Positions 51,385 to 63,005 of a stretch of DNA of 64,000 bases are shown here, one piece after another. This stretch comes from Octopus sinensis (taxonomy: Eukaryota), in the NCBI RefSeq assembly GCF_006345805.1, contig NC_043018.1, positions 5,890,001 through 5,954,000 of the forward strand, given 5' to 3'. The notes beneath the pieces are model-generated. The model did no database searches. It was not told the DNA's origin and worked only from the letters and a program-made list of their open reading frames with translations. The stretch's first letter is position 1. Each line of letters starts with the position of its first letter. The position numbers and the translations under genes were made by a program.

Positions 51385-52949
51385 TAATAATAACGATAAT
51401 AATAATCCTTTTTACTGTAGGCACAAGGCCTGAAATTTGGGGGAAAGGATTAAGTCAATTACATTGACACCAGTACATAACTGGTACATATTTAATCGAC
51501 CCCGAAAGGATGAAAGGCAAAGTTGACCTCAGTGGAATTTGAACTCAGAGTGTAAACATAGTCAAAATACCACTAAGCATTTTGCCTGGCGTGCTAACAA
51601 TGCTGCCAGCTCACTGCCCTATACTACTACTACTACTACTACTACTACTATTATTATTATAGTAATAATAATAATAATCATAGAAATTTTGGGGAAAGAG
51701 GGATAGTGGATTGCATCGACCTCAGTGCTCAGCTGGTACCTATTTCATCAACCCTGGTGAGTTGACCTCACCAGAATTTGAACTCATAATACGTAAAGAC
51801 AGATGAAACACTGTTAAGCATTTTGCTCAGTGTGCTAATGATTCTGCCAGCCCTCTGTCCGATATAATAATAATAATACTAATAATAATAACAATAACAA
51901 CAACAACACTAATGATTTCAAATTTTGGTACAAGGCCAGCACTTTCGGGCAGGTAGTAAGCCAATTACATCAACCCCAGTGTTTGACTGGCACTTATTTT
52001 ATTGACCCTGAAAGGATGAAAGGCAAAGTCGACCGTGGTAGAATTTGAACTCAGAACAGACGAAATACCGCTAATAATCATAACCATCATCATCATCTTC
52101 ATGAATTCTTAGGTGTGCATGATGTTAAATTTTAGAGGAGAGTTATAGGTAATTGAACGAACCTTTATTACAGTTATATAATTTATTGAGAAAGATGAAG
52201 GTACAGCCTACATAGAGGAATTTATCGCAAGGGACGTAAGTCGTGGATTTATTCTTTTGCTACAAATGGGAGCTGATTGAGCAAACCTGTGGTCGGACAC
52301 GTCAGCCATGGCCCCTCTTCTCTTACTTTTGAGGATAGTGATCCTTAGATTTTAATATTCTCTGTGTTGTTTATTTTTAAAGATAGTTTAGTGCAGTTCA
52401 AGAGAGGCTTGGCTGCTATTTTCAACAAGTTGAAAGACCACGTAGAGGTTCACTCTGTAAATATGCAGATGTTAAGTGGAAAAACAAAACAAGGTAGTTG
52501 TGTTTCAGTCGAGATGGTCATGGTAGGATTAGAACCAGGGAACACTTGGGTGGGAGACAATATTTGGTCTGATCAAAGATTTTTTAGGATTTCATCTCAC
52601 AGCTGATTTACATCTTAGTAGGAAATGCTGTAAATGTAAGCGTATTTTATCATCATCATCATCATCGTTTAACGTCCGTTTTCCATGCTAGCATGGGTTG
52701 GACGGTTCGTCCAGGGTCTGAGAAGCCAGGAGGCTGCACCAGGCTCCAGTCTGATCTGGTAGTGTTTCTACAGCTGGATGCTCTTCCTAACGCCAACCAC
52801 TCCACGAGTGTAGTGGGTGCTTTTACATGCCACTAGTACGGATATCACAGCTACAATTTCCATTTGATTTTCATTTTGATGAATCGAACCTTTTCATGCC
52901 TCCGTTTGTCTGAACTCTGTTTTTTAATTTAATTTTTATATTTTTGCAG

Positions 52950-53007
52950 ACCTTCTGATATAGGTGTCACTGCTGTTGCATCCAACAACATCGTCACTTT
53001 GAATAAG
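52950..53007 (+). CDS. SRP72: SRP72 exon 9 (PSDIGVTAVASNNIVTLNK)
   Basis: Matches PTDVGLLAVIANNIITINK. CAG acceptor, GTAACT donor. Confidence 0.93.
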
Positions 53008-54280
53008 GTAACTATAACAACTTATTCTTGCTTGTCAGAATGCCGACTTTCTATGCATTTATATATTGCTATGTGTGTGTGTATGTGAGGTCACTTTTAG
53101 TGCTACAGGTAACTTGTAACCCAGTACGACCTGTCACGCAGTCAGGTGATCAATGACTGAACAAGCAACCATACCAAACCAGCTTGGTATGTTGGGTGGT
53201 TTTCAGTGGACACCTAGCAAAATGTGTCAAAGGTTGGATGAATCATGAGAAGTCACCCAGCCATCTAACAGCTGGGAGTGGAGACCCCTGGTGTTCATTT
53301 AGACATTCTCTAGTAGGAGATTCTGATGTAACACCCGTGACTTTGTTAGTATCCAATGACCCAGACTAGTTCTTTGTGGGCTTATGCTTATGTTGTTTAG
53401 AGAGTGGGATTGGCCCTGTGCAAGGTTTTTTCCTCACTTTAAAAAGCTTCAGACACTGGTATCATTTGGTTTCTTACATTACTATTATGTGTTGCATAAT
53501 AGCTAAGAAAGGCAAAACACTCAAGGAAAAAAATATCTCATAATGGAATTCAGTCATGTGTGAGCATAGATGGTGATACTGTGCTGTAAGAAGCATCCAT
53601 TGTTGTCACATCTGTTCAAAAGAGTGAAGGGCCTTAGCAGAACTGAAGAACCACATCCCCTGCTGCTCATGTCTTTGAGAACAATCAAATGATGACATTG
53701 CTTGAAATCGAGTTGCAACCATCATCTATGTATGCGTGTTTCATCATCATCATTTTATGTCCGTTTTTCCATGCTGGCATGGGTTGGATGGTTTCACTGA
53801 AAACTAGTAACCTGGGGAGCTGCACCAGGTTCCAATATAATTTGGCATGGTTTCTACTGCTGGATGCCCTTCCTAGTGCTAACCACTCCAAGATTGTACC
53901 GGGTGCTATTTACATGCCACTGGTACAGATACCAGTTACGAAACACCAGCATTGGCCACAACAACAATCTTACTTGGCTTCACAGGTCCTTTTAAGCACA
54001 GTATGTTGCCAAAGGTCTTGGTCACTTGTCACAGCCTCTGTGAGGCCCAAAGTTAGAAAAGGTGCTTTTTACATGCCACTGACCCAGGTGCCAGTTACGC
54101 AACACTGGCATTGACCACGACTATGGTTTTACTTGGCTTGAGAGTATATATGTGTATTGTGTGTTGTGTGCATGCTTGTGTGTTTCTATATGTATGTATG
54201 TGTTCTATAGATTTCAGAATTTCGTTTCTGCACGATTGACTATACATAAAACTAAATGGAATCATCAGTTGAGCTGTTTA

Positions 54281-54574
54281 TCTTTATATATAAAACTAAA
54301 GTTGTGTGTGTGTCTGTCTACTCTGATTTAGATTCCTAACTACTCCCACATTTTGCGGTGCAGTTTAACCAAAAGCGGGTATCTTATAGTTGTGATTCAT
54401 ATCGAGCCTTTCTGGGTATTAGCATGAGTCTACGATTTAAAAAAAAAAATTACCATCATTTTTCCACATTTTTAATGATTTTTTGCTCGGTTTATATAAG
54501 GGAAGTAACTCTCTAAAAATGCTTATATAGTTATTTCCCTTACAAACCCGAGCAACGCCGTGCGATACTGCTTG
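54281..54574 (+). mobile_element. Non-autonomous Helitron
   Basis: Inserted at A|T. 5' end TCTTTATATATAAAA; 3' GC-rich hairpin remnant CCCGAGCAACGCCGTG followed by CTTG (CTRR variant). Confidence 0.65.
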
Positions 54575-54674
54575 TATTCTCTATGTCACTTCTATGACCG
54601 ATTTCATCACCACCATCTTTACCATTCCAGATAGTCAACTATGTCCAAGTGAATGTCTCTTTATATTTGTTTAG

Positions 54675-54806
54675 GAACAGAATGTTTTTGATTCCAAGAA
54701 GAAAATCAAAGCTGCCACCTCAGGGAGTGTGCACCAGAAGCTGATGTCTATGCAGCAACGGAAAATCAAAATGAACCAAGGATTGCTTTATATGTACACC
54801 AATCAA
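54675..54806 (+). CDS. SRP72: SRP72 exon 10 (EQNVFDSKKKIKAATSG...LLYMYTNQ)
   Basis: Matches DQNVFDSKKKVK...LLAMYTNQ. TAG acceptor, GTAAGC donor. Confidence 0.94.
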
Positions 54807-55847
54807 GTAAGCAGGATTCAGTACCTTTGTCGTTATTAGTTTTATTAGTAAGGCGGCGAGCTGGCAGAATCGTTAGCGTGCTGGATGAAATGCTTAGCAG
54901 TACTTTGCTCATCGCTATGTTCTGAGTTCAAACTCTGGTACGGTCGACTTTACCTTTTGTCTTTTCGGGGTTGATAAATTAAGTACCAGTTGAGTACTGG
55001 GGTCAATATAATCGATTTAACCGTTGTCCCCCCAACAAAAAAAACAAACAATTTCAGGCCTTGTGCCTATAGTAGAAAGGATTATTTGTTTTATTACTAC
55101 TCATGCTACAATACCACCACCACCACCACCTCTCTTCCTCTTCCTTTTCCACTCCCTCCTCCCTCTCTTCCACAACCTCCTCCCTCTCTTCCACTCCTTC
55201 CTCCCTCTCTTCCTCCACTTTCACCTCTTCTTCCTTCTTTCCTTCCTCCCCTTCTGTTACTCCTTTCTTCCCCTCCAACTACTACTACTGACACCACACC
55301 ACTACCACTTCCATTACCACTACAACCCCCACTCTCCTACTTCTACTACAATAAACAATAATACTACCACCACCACCACCACTCCTGTTCCTTTGCTGCT
55401 GCTGCAACTACAACAACAACAACAAATTCTGTCTGACTCTGGCAAGTATCGAACAGTGAATGCTTGAACAGTAATATAGTTGGTTCCCTCCTATTTCTCG
55501 GTGACTGTATAAAATATCTCCCAGTTAAAAGCTATTAGTTATTGTGATCAGGTTTTGATCTGTCTTATTACACACTTATTCAAAGAGCTCAGGGCCTACA
55601 AGCCTCTACCTGGCAGCTCAATCTGAAATCGCTGTATAATAATACCTAATCATCTCAAAAAGTATACAGTGGGTAATGACCAAAAGAATGCAATCCCAAA
55701 GAGGCCGAAATGGGGGTTTCTTTGAAGGATCTCTGGAGTAAAGTTACTCGACAGTGTACATGCCTCAGACATCAGGGAGTCACTCCTAGTTGAGTCGTAA
55801 CTTCTCTGCACTGAGAGGTCACAAATCCGGCACTTTGGACATGTGAT

Positions 55848-56081
55848 AGGGTGGCGAGCTGGCAGAAACATTAGCACGCTGAACAAAATGCTTAGCGGTA
55901 TTTTGTCTGCTGTTACGTTGTGAGTTCAAATTCCGCCGAGGTTGACTTTGCCTTTCATCCTTTCGGGGGTCGATAAATTAAGTAGCAGTTGCACAGTGGG
56001 GTCGATGTAATCGACTTAATCCCTTTGTCTGTCCTTGTTTGTCCCCTCTATGTTCAGCCCCGTGTGGGCAATAAAGAAATA
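55848..56081 (+). mobile_element. Family-A tRNA-derived SINE with 16-bp TSD (others at ~611-843, 12299-12513, 17690-17905, 20720-20885, 22120-22720 trimer, 23240-23470, 28860-29090, 51410-52075, 54850-55085)
   Basis: GGCGAGCTGGCAGAA head, GAGTTCAAATTCC B box. TSD actttggacatgtgat at 55832-55847 and 56082-56097, inside an RTE remnant. Confidence 0.9.
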
Positions 56082-56438
56082 ACTTTGGACATGTGATCAG
56101 AATGTTGCTTGAGACTACATGGTTGGGGAGGAAGCTTCTTAACCCGAAGTGGCACAACACGTTCGGGACAAGCATGTTCCAAAAGCCATATGACTCCGAA
56201 GATACTATTAGAAGCAAACTGATGGAGATATTTCCTGCAGCACAAAGTATCAGAATACCCTATAAAGGAGATTCACATAAGGGGTAAGATTTAAATATCT
56301 TAGATTTGCAATGTGCCATTTATATAATCATTTGTGATAGTTTTCTTGCACCTATACCACCATGATTGTGTCTATTCTTGTTAAATAAAGGATTGATTTT
56401 TGTTCTTCTAAGTTGTCTGTATTTGTTTTTATTCTCAG

Positions 56439-56567
56439 AGCGACCAAGTACGCAATGTCGTCAAAGAACTTCAGGACAAGTTCTCCGATGCCAGCTCTGC
56501 TGTTCTCATCGAAGTGGCACAACACGTTCGGGACAAGCATGTTCCAAAAGCCATCGAAGTTCTCAAG
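56439..56567 (+). CDS. SRP72: SRP72 exon 11 (SDQVRNVVKELQDKFSDASSAVLIEVAQHVRDKHVPKAIEVLK)
   Basis: Aligns to AEQCRK...VLIQAAQLCREKQHTKAIELLQ. Open in phase 0, CAG/GT boundaries. Confidence 0.88.
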
Positions 56568-57021
56568 GTACAAATCATCTTCATTTTCTTCACGTTTTTT
56601 TACTACTCTTTGTAAAAGTTTCACTCAATTTTTTTCGCTTTTAAAGAATAAATATGGCATAAAATTCAAATTGTTGCTCTCACCTGCATCTTATGAATTC
56701 TGTTCACAATTGCCTCACCTGCTTCTTCTTCTTCCTTAGCTGTATTGTATTTTATGAGTTACCCCTTTTCTACTTTGCTTTCTCTGTTACCCTACCAATT
56801 TTCTTCCCCTTCCCTTACCCTATCTTTCTATCATTTGTCTTCAGTCACAGACACTGGGTTCTTGGTCTGCTTGAGAAACCTCTGCTCTGTCCATTGGCCA
56901 TTCCTGCAGCTCCTCCATCAATTCTTTATTTACCCTTCCTATAATCCACTGGTTTTGTTAATCCTACTTACAATCCATTGTCTTTGTTAATCCTATCTTT
57001 AATCCATTGTCTGCGTTACAG

Positions 57022-57156
57022 AATTACATTGCTAAAGATTCCGATGATGAGAGGATTAAGCTGATATTATCTCAGCTCTACCTAAGCCAGGGAAGTGTGT
57101 TCCAGGCATGCGATGTACTCAAGTCTATAGAAACGTTACGCAACAAACCAGCTGTG
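57022..57156 (+). CDS. SRP72: SRP72 exon 12 (NYIAKDSDDERIKLILSQLYLSQGSVFQACDVLKSIETLRNKPAV)
   Basis: Matches IKLTMAQLKISQGNISKACLILRSIEELKHKPGM. CAG acceptor, GTGAGT donor. Confidence 0.92.
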
Positions 57157-57388
57157 GTGAGTAGCTTTCTCCTTATCTTTTATCTTTGCAGCATCTACTG
57201 ACATCATTATGGCTATTGCTGTTGTTTTCTTGTTGTTTGGTTCCAGGTCTGTCCTAGTCTAGCAGACCTAGGATCAAGAGTGTTCCATCCTTGACCATCA
57301 CGTCTTTCTTTTTGCATTTATGTATTTAGGACTGCATCATATATGTATTTAGAGTTCTTTATCCAATAACTTATTTTCTCCTCTCCAG

Positions 57389-57484
57389 GTCGGTGTATTG
57401 GTGTCGTTGTATGTGAGTCAGGAAGATGTGCAATCAGCATCGAAGACCCTCAATGATGCTGTCAGTTGGCACAAACAGAACATG
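57389..57484 (+). CDS. SRP72: SRP72 exon 13 (VGVLVSLYVSQEDVQSASKTLNDAVSWHKQNM)
   Basis: Matches VSALVTMYSHEEDIDSAIEVFTQAIQWY. CAG acceptor, GTAAGA donor. Confidence 0.9.
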
Positions 57485-57602
57485 GTAAGAAATGACCACT
57501 TTGATGATTTTGTGTGTGTGTGTGTGGATTGGAGTGTGTTTGGTGGATATAACTTTAGACCAAGGGTTGATGTACTTTACATTGTGTGTGTGTGTGTGTT
57601 GT

Positions 57603-57909
57603 GGAGGCACATGGCCTAGTGGTTAAAGCAGCGGACTCGCGGTTGAGGGATTGCGGGTTCGAATCTCAGACCGGACGAGGTGTGTGTTTATGAGCGAAAC
57701 ACCTGAGCTCCATGCGGCTCCGGCAGGAGGTAATGGCGAAACTTCTGCTGACTCTTTCGCCACAACTTTCTCTCACTCTTTCCTCCTGCATCTTGCAGCT
57801 CACCTGCGACGGACTGGCGTCCCATCCAGGTGGGGAACCTATACGCCAAGAAACCGGAAAACCGGCCCTTATGAGCCAGACATGCCTCGAGAAGGAACAA
57901 ACAAAAACA
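57603..57909 (+). mobile_element. Well-preserved tRNA-derived SINE of a third family (decayed relatives at ~1445, 19420, 22975, 25735, 45595, 61360)
   Basis: TGGCCTAGTGGTTAA A box, GGTTCGAATCT B box, CCTGCGACGGACTGGCGTCCCATCCAGG motif, CpGs retained. Confidence 0.75.
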
Positions 57910-58628
57910 TTGTGTGTGTGCATGACATTGAGGTATATTTGGTGAGTATAGTTTGGATAAAGGATTCACGTACTTGTAGCAGGAATATTTAGCAGTTGCC
58001 TGATCTCGTGGTTTGCTAGACTATTACTCACGATCAACAAAATTTGACCATTCACGAATTTGCATGGAAAAGGCTCCAGCGACAATTTCATCTTTTGGCA
58101 TACTTCTCTCTGAGCCAAACCATCAATATAAATTTAGCACACCTCGACTACTTGACAGAAAATTTTTGAGATGCTGCAGAGAGGACATTGAGGGACAGCA
58201 AAGACGAGATGGTAGACAGATGATGAACAGACAGACAGCTGCTGACCCAAGCTGACCACAATCACAATGAATGATCAGCAATAGATTGGGATGTGTAGAC
58301 TGAGGTGTGTATCATCATCATCATCGTCGTCGTTTAACGTCCGCTTTCCATGCTAGCATGGGTCGGACGGTTTGACTGTGGGCTGGTGAACCAGATGGCT
58401 GCACCAAGCTCCAGTCTTGATCTGGCAGAGTTTCTACAGCTGGATGCCCTTCCTAAATGCCAACCACTCCGAGAGTGTAGTGGGTGCTTTTACGTGCCAC
58501 CAGCACGGGGCCAGTCCGGCTGTTCTGGCAGCGAACTTGCTCGAATTTTTTTATACATGCCAACAGCACAGGTGCCAGTAAGGCGATGCTGGTAACGCTC
58601 ATAGTTTGGATAAAGGGTTCATGTATTT

Positions 58629-58674
<46 letters not shown>

Positions 58675-58800
58675 GTGGTGTTGATGTGTGGCCCCAGAAC
58701 AGTTCTGATATAACTAACCTATGCCATGCAGTTAGTTGGCCAAATAACTCTGTGCAATAAGTCTTGTGTTGTATCCTGTATTATACAGAGATGAAAAATT

Positions 58801-60485
58801 TACCATATTTTTCGGCATACAAGTCGAATTATTCAGATGGTAGGCCTACTTATACACTGAGATGACTTTAGACGACCAAGAATTCCATGTGAAATGCCAC
58901 GGGATTTAGAAAGATAGTAATGGTGTTTGAATGTTTCCGCTACATGTTTGCACTAAGTACTACATCAACTTGTATACCAGAAAATGCAGTAGGTAGAGAA
59001 AGGGAGAGAGAGTTAGACATCATCATCATTTAATATCCACTTTCCATGCTGGCATGGGTTGGATGATTTGACATAGAGCTGGCTAGCAGGGAGCTGTCCA
59101 GACCCCAGCTGTCTGTTGAAGTAAGGTTTCTAGGGTTGAATGCCCTTCCTAATGACAACCGCTTAAGAGTGTGCTGGGTGGTTTCTATGTGCCACTGGCA
59201 TGGGTGCATTTATGCAGCATCTGTGCCAGTGGTGGCACATAAAAAACACCCAGATAGACATAGAAATAGATATATGGTGTATTTTCTGGTACACAAGTTG
59301 AATTATTCAGACAAAAATTTACAGTGGAAAATGGTAGGTCTACTTATACACCAAGACAAATTTAGATGACCAAGAATTCCATGTGAAATGCTGCGTCGGC
59401 TTGTATACCAGAAAATGTAGTAGGTAAGTAGATAGATAGATAGAGAGAATCAGACAGAGAAATAGATGCTTGCTATATTTTCTGGTATACAAGTTGAATT
59501 ATTCACTCTTTTACTTGTTTCAGTCATTTGACTTTGGCCATGCTGGAGCACCGCCTTTAGTCAAGCAAATCAACCCCAGGACTTATTCTTTGTAAGCCTA
59601 GTACTTATTCTATCGGTCTCTTTTGCCGAACCGCTAAGTGACAGGGACGTAAACACACCACCATCGGTAGTCAAGCGATGTTGGGAGTACAAACGCATAA
59701 ACACACATACACGTATATACGATGGCTTCTTTCAGTTTCCGTCTACCAGATCCACTCACATAGCTTTGGTCAGCCCGAGGCTATAGTAGAAGACACTTGC
59801 CCAAGGTGCCATGCAGTGGGACTGAACCCTGAACCATGTGGTTGGTAAGCAAGCTACTTACCACACAGCCACTACAGTGAAAAATAGTAGGTCAACTTAG
59901 ACCTAATAGTAGGTCTACCAAGACTTCTATCTGAAATACTGCAGGATGTAGAAAGATAGTAATGATGTTTGAATGTATACTCTACATCAGTGGTTTTCAA
60001 CCAGGGTTCCGTGGAACCTTAGGGTTCCACCAGTACAGTGCAGGGGTTCCACAAGAAGTTACAAAACTGCTAAAATCAGCAATAATTTTTAATTCTTCTG
60101 TGCAGATATGTGTGCATGAGACTATTAAATTATTGCACAGGGGTTCCTCGAGCCAGTGGAATGTTTCCTTGGGGTTCTGCTCCAACAAAATGTTTGAAAA
60201 GCACTGCTCTACATGCTTATACTAAATACTATGTTGACTTGTATACCAGAAAATATGGTAGATAGATAAAGAGTTAGACAGACAAGTAGATACAGACTGT
60301 ATTTTCTGGTATATAAGTTGAATTTTACAAACAAAAAATTAGCAGCCAAAATAATGGTAAGTTGACTTACACACCAAGACGACTTTGGAGAACCAAAAAT
60401 TCCATGTGAAATGCAGCAGGATTTAGAAAAAAATTGAAAATTTACCCTACATTCTACATTGACTTGTCTGTTGGAAAATATGGTA
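58801..60485 (+). mobile_element. Array of four copies of a Tc1/mariner(pogo)-like MITE (58801-58991, ~59274-59422, ~59471-60260, ~60296-60485)
   Basis: Each begins TA..TATTTT(T)C(T/G)G..TACAAGT(C/T)GAA and ends with the reverse complement ACTTG..T...GAAAAT..GTA. Shared internal sequence. Confidence 0.7.
59988..60206. mobile_element. hAT-type MITE nested in a Tc1/mariner-type MITE
   Basis: TIR CAGTGGTTTTCAA / TTGAAAAGCACTG. Exact 8-bp TSD ctctacat. Confidence 0.85.
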
Positions 60486-60560
60486 TTTGTCTGCAATAGC
60501 AGCAACAATAATAACTCTGGAAGCTAAATTACAATGACATATCTCCTTCTTGTGTTGCAG

Positions 60561-60742
60561 CCAAACAGTCCTGAACTAATGGTGCTGATGAAGGCCAATG
60601 CCAAGTTCCAAATGAAACATGGCGACCCACAGCAAGCAGCCTCTCTTCTTGAAGAAATATCTAAGAAAAACCCAAAGGATTCCCACATTTTGGCACAGTT
60701 GTTCTCTGCTTATTCACTCTTTGACTCAAAGAAAGCTGAACA
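60561..60742 (+). CDS. SRP72: SRP72 exon 14 (PNSPELMVLMKANAKFQMKHGD...HILAQLFSAYSLFDSKKAE)
   Basis: Matches PKSPAHLSLIREAANFKLKYG...NPKDIHTLAQLISAYSLVDPEKAK. Ends at a GTATCCTTT donor. Confidence 0.94.
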
Positions 60743-61965
60743 GTATCCTTTTCCTTCAGAAATGAGAATTGTTTCTTGATTCCACTCCCCCGCTTTGCAT
60801 TTTCCTCTTAAACTGGCCTAGCTATATTTGGCCCAGATATTCTACCTGTTTTATGGTCTAATCAGCAAGCTCTGGCCTCTCACGCTTATGCTACAATGTC
60901 GTGCTAAAGATAAGCAATCGCATCTTTGAAATCATGAAACCATGAGATAAAAAGGGTAAAGGGCAAAGACCCCCTTCGGTCGTGAATGACCACGGGATTG
61001 CAGCTAAGAAGTTCCCCTCTGAAGAACAAATCCAAGCGAGGTTGTTTATGGATGACCAGCAGTCACCCATGTATACCAGCCTCTCTTCTCCATGCCACTG
61101 ATGTTATCCAAAGCAAAAAACATGTCTGGCCATGGGGAGATATTACCTTGCTTGGGAACAGGTAAGGAGTGGTGACAGGAAGAGCATCCAGCCATCCATC
61201 CATAGAAAATCTGCCTCAATAAAACTCTTGTTCAAGAACACTACACACAGTCCAGTCCAGGAATTGAACTCACTACCTCATGATTGTGAGCCTGATGCTC
61301 TAACCACTGAACCATGTACCACATTTGACAAGAGTAATTTGAATGCTAAAATGTTAAAACAAGAAATTTGTATCCTAGAGCCAAGGGTGAAGGCACGTGG
61401 CTTAGACATTAGTGTGTTGCATTCATGAACATAAGATTGTGGTTTTGATTCCTGTACTGGGTGATGAATTGTGTTCTTGAGCAAAATATTTTACTTCACA
61501 TTACTCCTGCTCATTCAGCCGGCAAAAATGAGTAATCCTGCGACAGGCTGGTGTCCCATCCAGGGGGAGTATATACGCCACAGAGATGGGAAACCAGCTC
61601 TATGAGTCTATATGACTGAGTCATCATCATCATCATCATCATCATCATTTAGCATCCGCTTTCCATGCTAGCATGGGTTGGACGGTTCAACTGGGGTCTG
61701 GGAAGCCAGAAGGCTGCACCAGGCCCAGTCTGATCTGGATGCCCTTCCTAACGCCAACCACTCCGTGAGTGCAGTGGGTGCTTTTTACGTGCCACTGGCA
61801 CGTGAAGGCGCTTAATCCTTTTCTTTTTTTTTTGCGAACCAAGGGGAATCTCAGATGGCTTGGTCATCAAAAGATTTACAATACATCTTCATCCCTATTG
61901 GTTTTAAGGTTTGCTTGTTCTTCCTTTCCCAATATTCTGTGGAATTCCTTAACTACTCTCCACAG
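60743..61965 (+). other. U12-type (minor spliceosome) GT-AG intron of SRP72
   Basis: Donor GTATCCTTTT (60743-60752). Branch site TTCCTTAAC (61945-61953), 12 nt before the terminal CAG (61965). Joins exons 14 and 15 in frame. Confidence 0.93.
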
Positions 61966-62097
61966 AATCAGCCACCAGTTACCATCAGTCGATGAGATTA
62001 TCTCTGGAGTTGATGTTGATGAGTTGGAAAAGTCTTTTAGCTCCATGGCACCAAAATATCTGAAGAGAATACAGAAGACAGAACCATCACCTTCATC
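61966..62097 (+). CDS. SRP72: SRP72 exon 15 (ISHQLPSVDEIISGVDVDELEKSFSSMAPKYLKRIQKTEPSPS)
   Basis: Matches LSKHLPSSDSMSLKVDVEALE...YIRK. GTAAGT donor. Confidence 0.9.
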
Positions 62098-62196
62098 GTA
62101 AGTTGTCTGCTTTCTTGTTTCCATTCTTTCTGGATTCTTACCAAGCTTCAAAGTTCATTGTTTTTTTGTTGTTTGCTTTTGTGTTGTTACTCCTTT

Positions 62197-62785
62197 GGAT
62201 CTTTACCTTTTGACTTCCAGATTTAAAAAATAGTTTTTTGTAACACTTTCAAACTTCGGACACTGGTAGAATGTGTCATATAAAACATGTTTTACTCTTA
62301 GCATTTTCGAGAAAAACTTATATTTACAAATTTATTTCATGTTAAAGTTCTCTTATTTTGGTAATTTTAACCAATCAATGACATGTATTCAGCTGAATAA
62401 AATTACTGTTGTTGTTTGTCAACAAGAATTTCCGGTGGTGTATATTTCGTTTGTCACTGTTATTTAGGACAACCCTAAAACCTTAAAACCGGTGCAAACA
62501 CACGATGTCATAAATGACAGTGACAAATGAAAAATACACTGCTAATAGGTGTTGTTGATAAACAACGGCAGTAATTATATTCAGCTGAATACACGACACT
62601 GATTGGTTGAAATTACCGAAATACAAGAACTTTAACGTGAAATGACTTCGTAAATATAAGTTTTTCTCAAAAATGCTAAGAGTAAAAGATGTTTTATATG
62701 ACACATTCTACCAGTGTCTGAAGTTTGAAAGTGTTTAGTTACAAAAAATTATTTTTTAAATCTGTCGGTCAAAAGGTAAAGACCC
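62197..62785. mobile_element. Related foldback element with about 200-bp terminal inverted repeats
   Basis: GGATCTTTACCTTTTGAC...GTCAAAAGGTAAAGACCC ends, exact 8-bp TSD actccttt. Shares internal motifs with the 410-bp MITE. Confidence 0.85.
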
Positions 62786-62955
62786 ACTCCTTTTACTCTT
62801 TCTTTTCCCTTTTCAATTTCTTTTTCTCTTTGCCTGTCATATCTTTGTCTTTGGTTCATTCTGTCTACTTTTCTGTTTGTCTATCTGTCTGTCCGTCTCT
62901 CTATCTCTCTCTACTTTTGAGACTTTGTCTGAAGTTGTATTGTTCTTTCCTTCAG

Positions 62956-63005
62956 AGATGGGGTCTTGTTGATAAAGACCAAGAAGAAAAAGAAGAAGAA
63001 GAAAG
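62956..63005 (+). CDS. SRP72: SRP72 exon 16 (DGVLLIKTKKKKKKKKG), start of the lysine-rich RNA-binding region; gene continues beyond the window
   Basis: Poly-Lys-Gly corresponds to LKKKKKKKKG(KLPK). CAG acceptor, GTAAGT donor, phase consistent. Confidence 0.88.

Noticed and set aside
55054-55467. Pro/Leu/Glu/Gly-rich ORFs
   Set aside because: Low-complexity (CCT/CTT/ACT/CAA)n tract in SRP72 intron 10.
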